A DNA stretch of 64,000 nt from Parcubacteria group bacterium (lineage in GTDB: Bacteria > Patescibacteriota > Patescibacteriia > UBA2169): positions 35,320 to 99,319 of the forward strand of contig JACOYR010000004.1 in assembly GCA_016181765.1 (NCBI GenBank). Direction: 5' to 3'. Shown one piece after another: positions 27,080 to 35,231 of this stretch (within the stretch, counting starts at the first letter, position 1; each line of letters starts with the position of its first letter). The notes under the pieces were generated by a model. It saw nothing but the letters and a program-made list of their open reading frames with translations, ran no database searches and was not told the origin of the DNA. Made by a program: the position numbers and the translations under genes.

Positions 27080-27406
27080 TTACGAAAGCCCTTTGAGTAC
27101 GGCTAATACCAATGAGACGAGTAGAATCATCTCCATCAAAAACGTCAGGCCCCCGAGCACGGCCTGCCACAGTTTGTTTCCGAAAAACGCGGACCGCGCC
27201 ACCAGCATGTTCACTGCGAGGATGACCGTGCCGAGCGTGGGAAACAAAAATAAATCGTATTTGGGGCCGAACCGGTCCAAGCCGAAGTAAATGGTGTAGT
27301 GCAGAGGCACAAAATCCTCGGATACCGAGAACCGCCACCCGGCAATGAACCACAGGATTCCGAGCTCCTTGATTTTAGACAATTGCATGCCCTCATCATA
27401 CAACAT
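27080..27406 (-). CDS. small membrane protein (3 predicted TM segments), dcw-cluster associated
   Basis: 108 aa hydrophobic ORF directly upstream of mraY. No recognisable family. Not FtsL-like in topology. Confidence 0.5.
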   Translation of the reverse strand: MLYDEGMQLSKIKELGILWFIAGWRFSVSEDFVPLHYTIYFGLDRFGPKYDLFLFPTLGTVILAVNMLVARSAFFGNKLWQAVLGGLTFLMEMILLVSLVLAVLKGLS

Positions 27407-27415
27407 TTTTGCCGG

Positions 27416-27865
27416 TTAGTCCACACCCATGCACTTGGCGCACCTGCACCCCTTGGGCTTGATGCGGTCATCAAAGTACTCCTTGCCGTAGTCGTACGTG
27501 AGCTCTTCCCCGGGCTTGATGTTCCGCCGGGCATAGACCTTGATGCGCTTTCCGTAGATGTCGGTCTCGCAGTTGGGGCGGCAGGAGTGGTTGATGTACC
27601 GCGCCGCGTTGCGGCGCGAAGAGCCGTCCACGGCCCAGTTGCGGTTTATCTGGAACAGGTACTTGGTATTGCGCTCCTGGGCTTTGGCGTCCGGAAGCAC
27701 TTGGCCCCGGTACTCAATCACAAACTGCCCGCGCCTGATTGCCTCTCGGGCAAACAAGCCCAAGCCCGCCGTGGCGCGGCGCACGGATACTGGCGCGGGC
27801 TTCTGCTTTGGCCTGCCTGCCCGCCGTATCGGCGGGCCGATTTTTTTGGGGGTTGATGAAGCCAT
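27416..27865 (-). CDS. SET-domain protein (putative protein-lysine methyltransferase)
   Basis: 149 aa. RYINHSCRPNCE (SET NHSC motif), ELTYDYG (ELxYDY) and a Cys-rich post-SET CRCAKC. Confidence 0.8.
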   Translation of the reverse strand: MASSTPKKIGPPIRRAGRPKQKPAPVSVRRATAGLGLFAREAIRRGQFVIEYRGQVLPDAKAQERNTKYLFQINRNWAVDGSSRRNAARYINHSCRPNCETDIYGKRIKVYARRNIKPGEELTYDYGKEYFDDRIKPKGCRCAKCMGVD

Positions 27866-28015
27866 AAACTGCTATGATAGCGCATCATAGCGGTTGATGC
27901 AAGCAACCTAATACAATTACTTTGGGGAATGGCTGGTAATTCCGAAACAACGTTATTCCTTCCACTTAATGGAACACCCCATGGAGGGGGGTTTTGATTT
28001 GCACGAGCCTGAATT

Positions 28016-28882
28016 TCAGATATTTTTATTTCTGATCTGTCGCGCGTTCTTGCCGGTAATTGCGCTGTTTCCGGTTTTTTTCTCTATGGACTTTCGGGCC
28101 GCGCCAGCCACGCTCCCGCCTTCGCGCGCCACGGTTTTATTTTCATCCAAATTTTTCGGTTCTCTTTTTTCCGATATTTCAGTGGTCGCGGTTTCGGCAA
28201 GCATATTCAAAACCAATTCCAAATTAGTCATATTGTCCCGCAGATTTTCTTTTTTCAGCCCTTTGAGATTTTTATACTCCTTGGTGGTCAATCCGGCCCA
28301 TGCCCGGCTTATCTCATCGGTTAGAATTGCAAACTCCAGACCTTGTTTCATGCCCCGTTTTTCCCATTCATCAGTAAGCGCTTTGCGGATTTCAATGCTT
28401 TTGAGGCGCTGATTGACCCACTCCGGGCTGTATCCTTTTTGCAGGTATGTTTTTAAGGCACGATTAATGGCCAATTCGGGATCTGCTGTTTCTTCCAAGC
28501 GCTCATAGCCCACTTGCGCCAGCCAAAGCTTAAATGGTTCGGCATTTGGCGAAGGTATTGACTGGATGAGCCGGAGCATAACCTCTGTATCGGTGGCATC
28601 TGTGGCATAATATTTGCCATCTTTAGCCATAAATTTCAGTTCGTGACATTTTGTCACGGACTGACTACCTTCTTCTTTTAGTCTTTGTTTTAACTTTCTC
28701 CAATATGCCCCGGCATCAATACTGTTAGTTAACACTCTCACCACATCAATCACAGAAAAATACCAGAGTTCTTTTTCATCATCCCAGTGGCGGCGAATTT
28801 GATTGCCCTCAAAAAGCGCGATGGATTTATTTTTTGATTGTTTCTTTTCGTTGTTCATATATAATCCGTTGCCATTTTCCAT
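28016..28882 (-). CDS. Bro-N / KilA-N-like DNA-binding domain protein (DinD/antirepressor-like)
   Basis: 288 aa. The N-terminal block IALFEGNQIRRHWDDEKELWYFSVIDVVRVL fits the Bro-N pattern (F.G..IR...D.E.WF...DV...L). The rest is alpha-helical. Confidence 0.55.
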   Translation of the reverse strand: MENGNGLYMNNEKKQSKNKSIALFEGNQIRRHWDDEKELWYFSVIDVVRVLTNSIDAGAYWRKLKQRLKEEGSQSVTKCHELKFMAKDGKYYATDATDTEVMLRLIQSIPSPNAEPFKLWLAQVGYERLEETADPELAINRALKTYLQKGYSPEWVNQRLKSIEIRKALTDEWEKRGMKQGLEFAILTDEISRAWAGLTTKEYKNLKGLKKENLRDNMTNLELVLNMLAETATTEISEKREPKNLDENKTVAREGGSVAGAARKSIEKKTGNSAITGKNARQIRNKNI

Positions 28883-28890
28883 TCTATCTC

Positions 28891-29196
28891 TTATTTGACA
28901 AATTGACTACCAAAAGCCCTGTGCAATATAGATTGCTCCAAAGCCGCCAAATCATCACGGGTTGATTTTTGGTATTCCTTTAGCCGCCGAACCTTCTCGG
29001 CAAGCTGGTGAAATGGGATGGTGAAATGGGGACATGACCCATTTTTGATGACCCATATTTCCCGTTTCTGCGTGACCAGCCGGAAATGACTCAATCGGTT
29101 GTAGTAGCTCTTATAGGAATACGCGATGAACTCGCTTGCATAACTCACCCAACCAAGCCCTTCGCAAAATTTATTTCTTACCCTTGCCGAAAACAA
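28891..29196 (-). pseudogene. remnant of a type I restriction-modification S subunit (HsdS C-terminal fragment)
   Basis: 101 aa ORF whose end LAEKVRRLKEYQKSTRDDLAALEQSILHRAFGSQFVK resembles the conserved C-terminal helix of HsdS (..L..LKQSILQKAF.G..). No complete target-recognition domains and no hsdM or hsdR nearby. Confidence 0.35.
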
Positions 29197-29692
29197 AATC
29201 TAGAGTAGGATCTAATTCTTTTAATAATTTTTTATGTTCTTGGAGAATTTCTTCTTGAATTTTTATTGATTCAGCCATACACCAATCACGTATAAGTTCA
29301 TAATTTTTGTTTTCCTTGCAATCTTTAGCTATCCCCTTTCCTTCAACCTCTTCCTTCATCATGTTTATTGCGAGTATAGAGATACATGCTTTTTTATCAT
29401 CTATGTATTGAGATAGCCCTGTATAACCCACTATTAGGTCGCTAAAGTCATCTCCATGTTTTGAGAATATAATCGCTATTTTAATCGCTTCTTTAATTTC
29501 GTCTTTTGAATAAGGCAATATAGAAATTGGCGCTCCAAAAACCATATAAGCTGATTTTTCCATTATCTTCCCATAATCATTGATTATTTTTTCAGCTTCT
29601 TTGACATCCATAGAGGGGAGAAAAAAGGTTTCAGGAATTGTTTTTATTGAGGGAACGATGACCTTGGTGGCGGTGATGGTGGGTGGATTCAT
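29171..29692 (-). CDS. hypothetical protein (AT-rich island)
   Basis: About 173 aa from MNPPTIT. No recognisable domain. Codon usage matches the AT-rich island. Confidence 0.45.
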   Translation of the reverse strand: MNPPTITATKVIVPSIKTIPETFFLPSMDVKEAEKIINDYGKIMEKSAYMVFGAPISILPYSKDEIKEAIKIAIIFSKHGDDFSDLIVGYTGLSQYIDDKKACISILAINMMKEEVEGKGIAKDCKENKNYELIRDWCMAESIKIQEEILQEHKKLLKELDPTLDFVFGKGKK

Positions 29693-29705
29693 GTTGATAT
29701 AAGGC

Positions 29706-31043
29706 TCATCTAAACAAACTTTTGAACCAACTTTGAATTCTCGAAAAGAAAATAAAATTAAGTTTTGACTCCGTCGTTTTCTCATTGCTGGTTTCAAAAT
29801 CAGTAATAATATCTTCTACGACAAATTGATTAGTTGTATTTATTTCTTCTGCAGTCTGTTCTGGCTCAATCTGGACGCACGAATTACCAACTTCTCTATA
29901 CCCGTCATCACACAGCCACACATCTGTTAGGCTTTCTACAGCATGCGCATGTTCTGGAATTTGTATGCAATATTTTTTATTTAACGAAAGAGCATATCCT
30001 TCATTACAATGGATACTTGCTTCTTTTTCTTCCCTAACCACTTCGCTAGAAAGCACCCTAGCTCCTGTTTCATTCTCTGTAGTTGTAGCCTCTATACCGG
30101 GTTGAGTATTTGTAGATTTATCAATAGATGGCGTAGCTACCACAGGAGTAGTAGGAGTATCTTGTTCTACAGTGGCAGGAGAAGCAAAAATTGGTTCGCG
30201 TTGATTTTGTTTATCACTATTGAATAGATTAACCCTTGAATTAAGATTATTCAACAATTGCTCGTAAGAATTGTCTACTTCCTCTATGCACCTCTCATTT
30301 TCAAAAATATACCCATAGTCACACTCGCATGTTTTCGAAGAAGAATCGTAACTTGAATAATAACCATAATTATCATGGCAGTATGAATCACCATCTACAC
30401 AGGTTTGCCCCCCAAATAAATTCGTATCCAGAACATACCCTCTGCCACACTTACAACTATCGGTTAAAATATCGTGTTCAGCATTCCATCCCAGCAACTC
30501 TTGACAATAATCATCTCGCGACACACACTTCCCGCCATTCAAAATATAGCCATAACTACATTTACACGAACTAGTCAGGGAGTTATAACTTGAATTATAG
30601 CCATACAAATTCCTACAATAGGTATTGCCAGAAACACATTCCTTATCACCAAAAATATTCGTATCCACTACATAGCTATAATTACACTCACATCCACCAG
30701 ACAACGAATCATATGAAGAGTTTAAAGGACACGAAGGCCTAGAAGGAATTGAGGGGGTTAGGAAATCGTAATTCAATGAAGGATATGTGTAATCAGGCGC
30801 TGGGGTGGTATAGCCAGTACCACCATCGCCCCAATGGCTATGTATAGGATCAGATGGTTGTGGTAATCCTTTATTGTTATGACAGTGGTACTCGCCATAA
30901 GACAACCCCCAAGAACTGCAGTTCGTTCTACAAGTATGGCAACCCGAGCCATCAGTGCCCCCGGGATGAGCGAAAGTAGAATCCGATAATCCAAATATGA
31001 CAAAGGTTGCCCCCAGTAGTATGAAAAAAAATCTAAGGCGCAT
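29706..31043 (-). CDS. secreted protein with N-terminal His/Cys-rich module and four tandem ~40 aa Cys-rich repeats
   Basis: 445 aa. Signal peptide MRLRFFFILLGATFVIFGLSDSTFA. N-terminal module HPGGTDGSGCHTCRTNCSSWGLSYGEYHCH. Four repeats of the form C(E/K)CxYGYxL..xxCVxxDxYC. A Thr/Pro-rich linker and an acidic C-terminal domain follow. Confidence 0.6.
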   Translation of the reverse strand: MRLRFFFILLGATFVIFGLSDSTFAHPGGTDGSGCHTCRTNCSSWGLSYGEYHCHNNKGLPQPSDPIHSHWGDGGTGYTTPAPDYTYPSLNYDFLTPSIPSRPSCPLNSSYDSLSGGCECNYSYVVDTNIFGDKECVSGNTYCRNLYGYNSSYNSLTSSCKCSYGYILNGGKCVSRDDYCQELLGWNAEHDILTDSCKCGRGYVLDTNLFGGQTCVDGDSYCHDNYGYYSSYDSSSKTCECDYGYIFENERCIEEVDNSYEQLLNNLNSRVNLFNSDKQNQREPIFASPATVEQDTPTTPVVATPSIDKSTNTQPGIEATTTENETGARVLSSEVVREEKEASIHCNEGYALSLNKKYCIQIPEHAHAVESLTDVWLCDDGYREVGNSCVQIEPEQTAEEINTTNQFVVEDIITDFETSNEKTTESKLNFIFFSRIQSWFKSLFR

Positions 31044-31070
31044 AATCTAATAGTGAGTCGGAAAACCTAT

Positions 31071-32537
31071 CTAAAGTTCCCATTTAAAGTAACGATTCAC
31101 CGCATATTCAACGCCTACGCGGAAACGATTAGTGCGCTTATCATTCTCAATTTCATGAATTTCCCGATCTAGCGCATCAATTTCTGATTTAACGCGATTT
31201 TTTTCTTTTTCTTTCATCTCATGATAACGCCTATCTATATCGCCAATACTTTCTTTAAGGACTTTCTCGTTCTGTGTAATTAGAGCATCCTTCCTTGTAT
31301 GAATATTTGTTATGTCTGTCTTTGTAGTTCTCACTTGGTTAAAAATTTTTTTTAAATGAGAATGTAGCCGCTTTACCGTGGGAGATGAGACAAAAAGGCC
31401 TTCAAATGGCTTTATTGCTGTACGCGATATCAACTCAATGATGAATAACACTAAACACACCAACCATTTAATTCCATATGTAATACTGCCGAGGAATGAT
31501 TTGATCGTCCTCCAAACAAGGCTCCACTCGGTATGGCTCAAAAATAATGCGGCAAGAAAACCAACCCCAAAAAATAGGGCTATATATACAAGGTCACTAA
31601 AATTTTCGTTTATATTTTCACGGCGATAAAAGTACAAAGAAACTGGAATACTTATAAGTGTAACAATACCTATCAATAGCGCTATTGCCTCAAACAACTT
31701 TTTCAATAAACTAGGACACGACTTGTGGTTGTGAAAAAATTTTACACCCTCAAAAGCGAAAACCATAATAACCATAAAAGCAATTGTAAATTGGATCAGA
31801 CTTATCCCGTCACCACGGTTCCACACGGGGATTGCGTCTATATTGAGTCGTGAGCTAATGTAATAATCTACAATGAGCAACACAATAAAAATCACAATTG
31901 GCCACCAATGCGCAACAGCACTAAATCCATCAAGCGATGTAGTTAATTTATCGTGCGTGTCCAATAGCCATTTTTTTGATGCTACTGTGATTGGATTTTT
32001 TCTTGCCTTTTGCTTCTCTTCTCTGTACTCCTTTTCCGCATCAAGAAGCGCAATAGTTAATCTTTCTTTTTCTGATTCAAATTTTGTCAATTTCTCAACC
32101 AAGCTCTGCAGTTCTATATCAAGTTTTTGAATTTCATTCTCCAAAGATTGCTTAAAATTGTTTAAATGTTTTTCTGCGTACTCGTGTTCATTTTTTAAAT
32201 TTTGCTCAAGACGCGCGACAAACTCTTTGCGTTCTTCTTCTAATTTAGTTTTTTTTAATCTCAATATTTCAATACGCTCCTGCATATTCGTCATAAATTT
32301 CGGCTTCGGAACACTATCCCAAATTCTGGACTTAGCTATGCCATGCTGTTTGTCTAGTGGCTCATTTTTAAACGAAGTATCAATTTCATTAAGAATACGA
32401 CGATTCAAATTCTTAGTAGCGATTCTGCCAACATTAACGCCGCGACCGAAACGGCTTGTATAGTACACAATAGTGGCCAGTAATGCAGCCCCTCCAATAC
32501 CCGGCACTGCGATTGCGATGATTTGCCAGTAATTCAT
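31071..32537 (-). CDS. membrane protein with flanking coiled-coil regions (unknown function)
   Basis: 488 aa. N-terminal TM, long heptad-like KE-rich helix, four central TM helices and a C-terminal coiled coil. No family recognised. Confidence 0.5.
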   Translation of the reverse strand: MNYWQIIAIAVPGIGGAALLATIVYYTSRFGRGVNVGRIATKNLNRRILNEIDTSFKNEPLDKQHGIAKSRIWDSVPKPKFMTNMQERIEILRLKKTKLEEERKEFVARLEQNLKNEHEYAEKHLNNFKQSLENEIQKLDIELQSLVEKLTKFESEKERLTIALLDAEKEYREEKQKARKNPITVASKKWLLDTHDKLTTSLDGFSAVAHWWPIVIFIVLLIVDYYISSRLNIDAIPVWNRGDGISLIQFTIAFMVIMVFAFEGVKFFHNHKSCPSLLKKLFEAIALLIGIVTLISIPVSLYFYRRENINENFSDLVYIALFFGVGFLAALFLSHTEWSLVWRTIKSFLGSITYGIKWLVCLVLFIIELISRTAIKPFEGLFVSSPTVKRLHSHLKKIFNQVRTTKTDITNIHTRKDALITQNEKVLKESIGDIDRRYHEMKEKEKNRVKSEIDALDREIHEIENDKRTNRFRVGVEYAVNRYFKWEL

Positions 32538-32541
32538 ATAG

Positions 32542-33918
32542 TTATCTACAAAGATGATTTAAATAAATACTGCGTTTAATTTGTGCGAAGCTCTCATCTT
32601 CGTCCTCATTCTTAAAAAGTTTAATACAAGCGTTAGAAGAGATAACAGCATTAAAAGTCGCGCCAATATCACTAATATACCGTTGAGGGCAAACGAGCGA
32701 AATATTGTAGAGAGGGTATTTCACCCTGGCTTCTTCTTGTGCTATTTCTGAATCAATCTCCTGGTGCTCTGTAATGTATTTTCTCTGTTGAGCGCTATTA
32801 TTATTATTCTGCTGTTGAAAATATGCCCCACAATCTTGCAAAAATTTCGCGTATGAATCTGATTCTATTTGGTATGTATTTTTCCAACCATATGTTTTAG
32901 GAAGACCAGTCATCGTGCCAGCAGTAACAATAACAACTTTATCATCCGACTCTTTCATAGAACTTAAATTCTCAACAGAAGGATCAAGGTAAAGCTTTTG
33001 TTGTGTGAACCAATCTTTAAAAGTATTTTGTAACACATCAGTCTCGTGCCAAGTACAACTAAATTTATCATTATTTTTAATGTCGCAAGTATGCTCTTTA
33101 ACAGTAGTTATATAAAGCACTTCAGTTTTTCGAGAATCGTCTCTTTCTTTTGCCATTCTAAAAATTGGGTATGATCGTTTTAACTCCAAAGTTAGTGTGC
33201 TGCCGTTTTCGGCTTTTGTTTCAAACTGCAAAGTGTCGCTGGAAGGAAGTTCTGATATGTATCCATTCACAATTCGAGTTATTTCTTTAATGTCATTTGA
33301 AGTAGTGGGCGCAAGAACCAACTTTGTTGTTGTGTTTGAATTTGTAAGTGTGGTAGTAAATGGGGGTTGTAATTCGGTATCTTCCCCTTCAATTTTTTGA
33401 CGCAGTTCAACCCAAACCTGTGGAGTAATCACTTCAGAATATCCATCCGCAATAAACTTAACTTTGTTTGCGATAGGATCAATCTCAAATGACTTTTTGA
33501 AATCCAGATTTTTCTGTTTATTGAGTATTGCGCTCCATACGCCAGGAGATTCTTGATCTCTTGCTTCATAAGGAAGAATAATAAGACAATAATCATCCAC
33601 ATCTGCACCCCTGAAAGTAAAAGCCGTATTGCCTTCTTTTTGATTACAAATAGAATCGAGAGGAGGAGGGTCCACAATCTTAAACATCCCAAACACAATC
33701 CCAGCCACAATCAAAATAATTACAGTAGCAACAATAATCGTTTCCTGTGTATCCTTGCGCTCTTTTAATCTATCACTCCCTGGCGGGACCTGTGGGTGTG
33801 TATCCATCATAGGAAGTAACGTTATCTCCTCTAGCCGTTGTTTCTCAATTTCTTTTCCACAGTTAGGACAAAAATTGTCTTTCTCTTTAAGTTGTTCTCC
33901 GCACTTACTGCAATACAT
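32542..33918 (-). CDS. zinc-ribbon / single-pass membrane protein with large extracytoplasmic domain (unknown function)
   Basis: 458 aa. N-terminus MYCSKCGEQLKEKDNFCPNCG (CxxC..CxxC zinc ribbon), one TM helix (IIVATVIILIVAGIVFGMF), then a roughly 370 aa Ser/Thr/Asn-rich ectodomain. Confidence 0.5.
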   Translation of the reverse strand: MYCSKCGEQLKEKDNFCPNCGKEIEKQRLEEITLLPMMDTHPQVPPGSDRLKERKDTQETIIVATVIILIVAGIVFGMFKIVDPPPLDSICNQKEGNTAFTFRGADVDDYCLIILPYEARDQESPGVWSAILNKQKNLDFKKSFEIDPIANKVKFIADGYSEVITPQVWVELRQKIEGEDTELQPPFTTTLTNSNTTTKLVLAPTTSNDIKEITRIVNGYISELPSSDTLQFETKAENGSTLTLELKRSYPIFRMAKERDDSRKTEVLYITTVKEHTCDIKNNDKFSCTWHETDVLQNTFKDWFTQQKLYLDPSVENLSSMKESDDKVVIVTAGTMTGLPKTYGWKNTYQIESDSYAKFLQDCGAYFQQQNNNNSAQQRKYITEHQEIDSEIAQEEARVKYPLYNISLVCPQRYISDIGATFNAVISSNACIKLFKNEDEDESFAQIKRSIYLNHLCR

Positions 33919-33944
33919 ATCCGAACCATAGCTAAATAAGCTTA

Positions 33945-34175
33945 TTATGGCAAGCTCTCACATGCCTCACCATCTTTATTCCCATCTAGCCGATGAATAT
34001 CATTACTTACCCCGCCACAGGACTCAAACACACGCTGTGCTTCTGCGCGTGTCTTAAAATCTGAACAGTTATAGGCATTGCTGTCACAAATTGTGTTGTT
34101 GGATGAGCCAGCGCTGCAACCTGTCAACGCCAAACTGGCAAGGAGCAGTAGCAAGATGTAGTGTAGTTGTCGCAT
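33945..34175 (-). CDS. Excalibur (extracellular Ca-binding) domain lipoprotein
   Basis: 76 aa from MRQLHY. Lipobox LTGC. DxDxDGxxCE-type motif LDGNKDGEACE. Near-identical to the C-terminal 55 aa of the adjacent thermonuclease. Confidence 0.6.
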   Translation of the reverse strand: MRQLHYILLLLLASLALTGCSAGSSNNTICDSNAYNCSDFKTRAEAQRVFESCGGVSNDIHRLDGNKDGEACESLP

Positions 34176-34197
34176 ATAATTTAGTTTAATGCCAAAT

Positions 34198-35091
34198 TTA
34201 AGGTAAACTCTCGCACGCCTCGCCATCGCCATCCGCATCAAGACGATGGATGTCGTTTGCCACGCCGCCACACTGCTCAAACGCGGCCTGGGCTTCTGCG
34301 TGCGTTGTAAAGTTACTGCAGTTGTAAACATTGTTTGAACAATCGTACTGGCCTTGCGCTTGTGGCTCTGTATCTGGTTCTATAGTCGAGGGGGGTGGAG
34401 CGCTTGGTGCTGGCTCCCCTTGCTCTACTTCATCTGCGTCCGCGCACACGCCATCCGCCCACAGACCGCGCTTTGCTACGCGCGCCTCGTCCTCGGCTTG
34501 TTTAAATTGTTCTTGATACTTATATGGCAGGTTGTAGGTGTATTCGTGTCCATACCCCTCGCGTATCATCAAGTCGCTAAAGTTGGCGCCATCTTCAAAA
34601 AAAACGTAACGAAGCAAACGGCTGTACTTGTCGCGCTCGCCCTGGGTTGGATCTGCTTCCAGTCGGACACGATTACCGCTTAATACCTCCTTGGCTTTGT
34701 TGGATGCCTCTATGCCAAAACACTGTACTGGCTTTCGGGGATCAACTGTTTCTGGCGTGTCTATGCCAATGAGGCGTATAGTTTCGCTTGAGCCGTCCAT
34801 GTCAACAGCAATCGTATCCCCGTCAACTACTCTCACAACATCATATAATACTTCATCTGTGCTGGTTGCATTTTTATCCGTGTCATTATGTCCTTCAACT
34901 GGTTCAATAGCATCGTCATCTACGGCTGATTCATTTGAAACACTTGCGCCTTCAGCTTGTTGATTTTGGTCTGAAATATTCTGTGTCGGCGCGCTCGCGG
35001 ATTGACTTTTTGCATTACGAACATTATCTGAAGAAGATGTACATCCGCTTAATATAATAGATAAAATACTTAAAACAACGATCTTCTTCAT
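34198..35091 (-). CDS. thermonuclease (SNase-like) lipoprotein with C-terminal Excalibur domain
   Basis: 297 aa. Lipobox ILSGC. SNase core VDGDTIAV..IRLIGIDTPE..GE..ASNKAKEVL..RLLRYVF..REGYG. The C-terminus is an Excalibur motif LDADGDGEACE. Confidence 0.75.
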   Translation of the reverse strand: MKKIVVLSILSIILSGCTSSSDNVRNAKSQSASAPTQNISDQNQQAEGASVSNESAVDDDAIEPVEGHNDTDKNATSTDEVLYDVVRVVDGDTIAVDMDGSSETIRLIGIDTPETVDPRKPVQCFGIEASNKAKEVLSGNRVRLEADPTQGERDKYSRLLRYVFFEDGANFSDLMIREGYGHEYTYNLPYKYQEQFKQAEDEARVAKRGLWADGVCADADEVEQGEPAPSAPPPSTIEPDTEPQAQGQYDCSNNVYNCSNFTTHAEAQAAFEQCGGVANDIHRLDADGDGEACESLP

Positions 35092-35231
35092 AAAATTTTA
35101 TGGTTGTTATAAGGATATATGGCCTAACGTTTCGGCATATGATGCTGTATGAGCAATACGGGTGGAGTGAAGCGGAACCGCATACACGCCGTTGTACGAT
35201 GTAATGAAAAAAGTTTTAATTTCTAGTGCAA

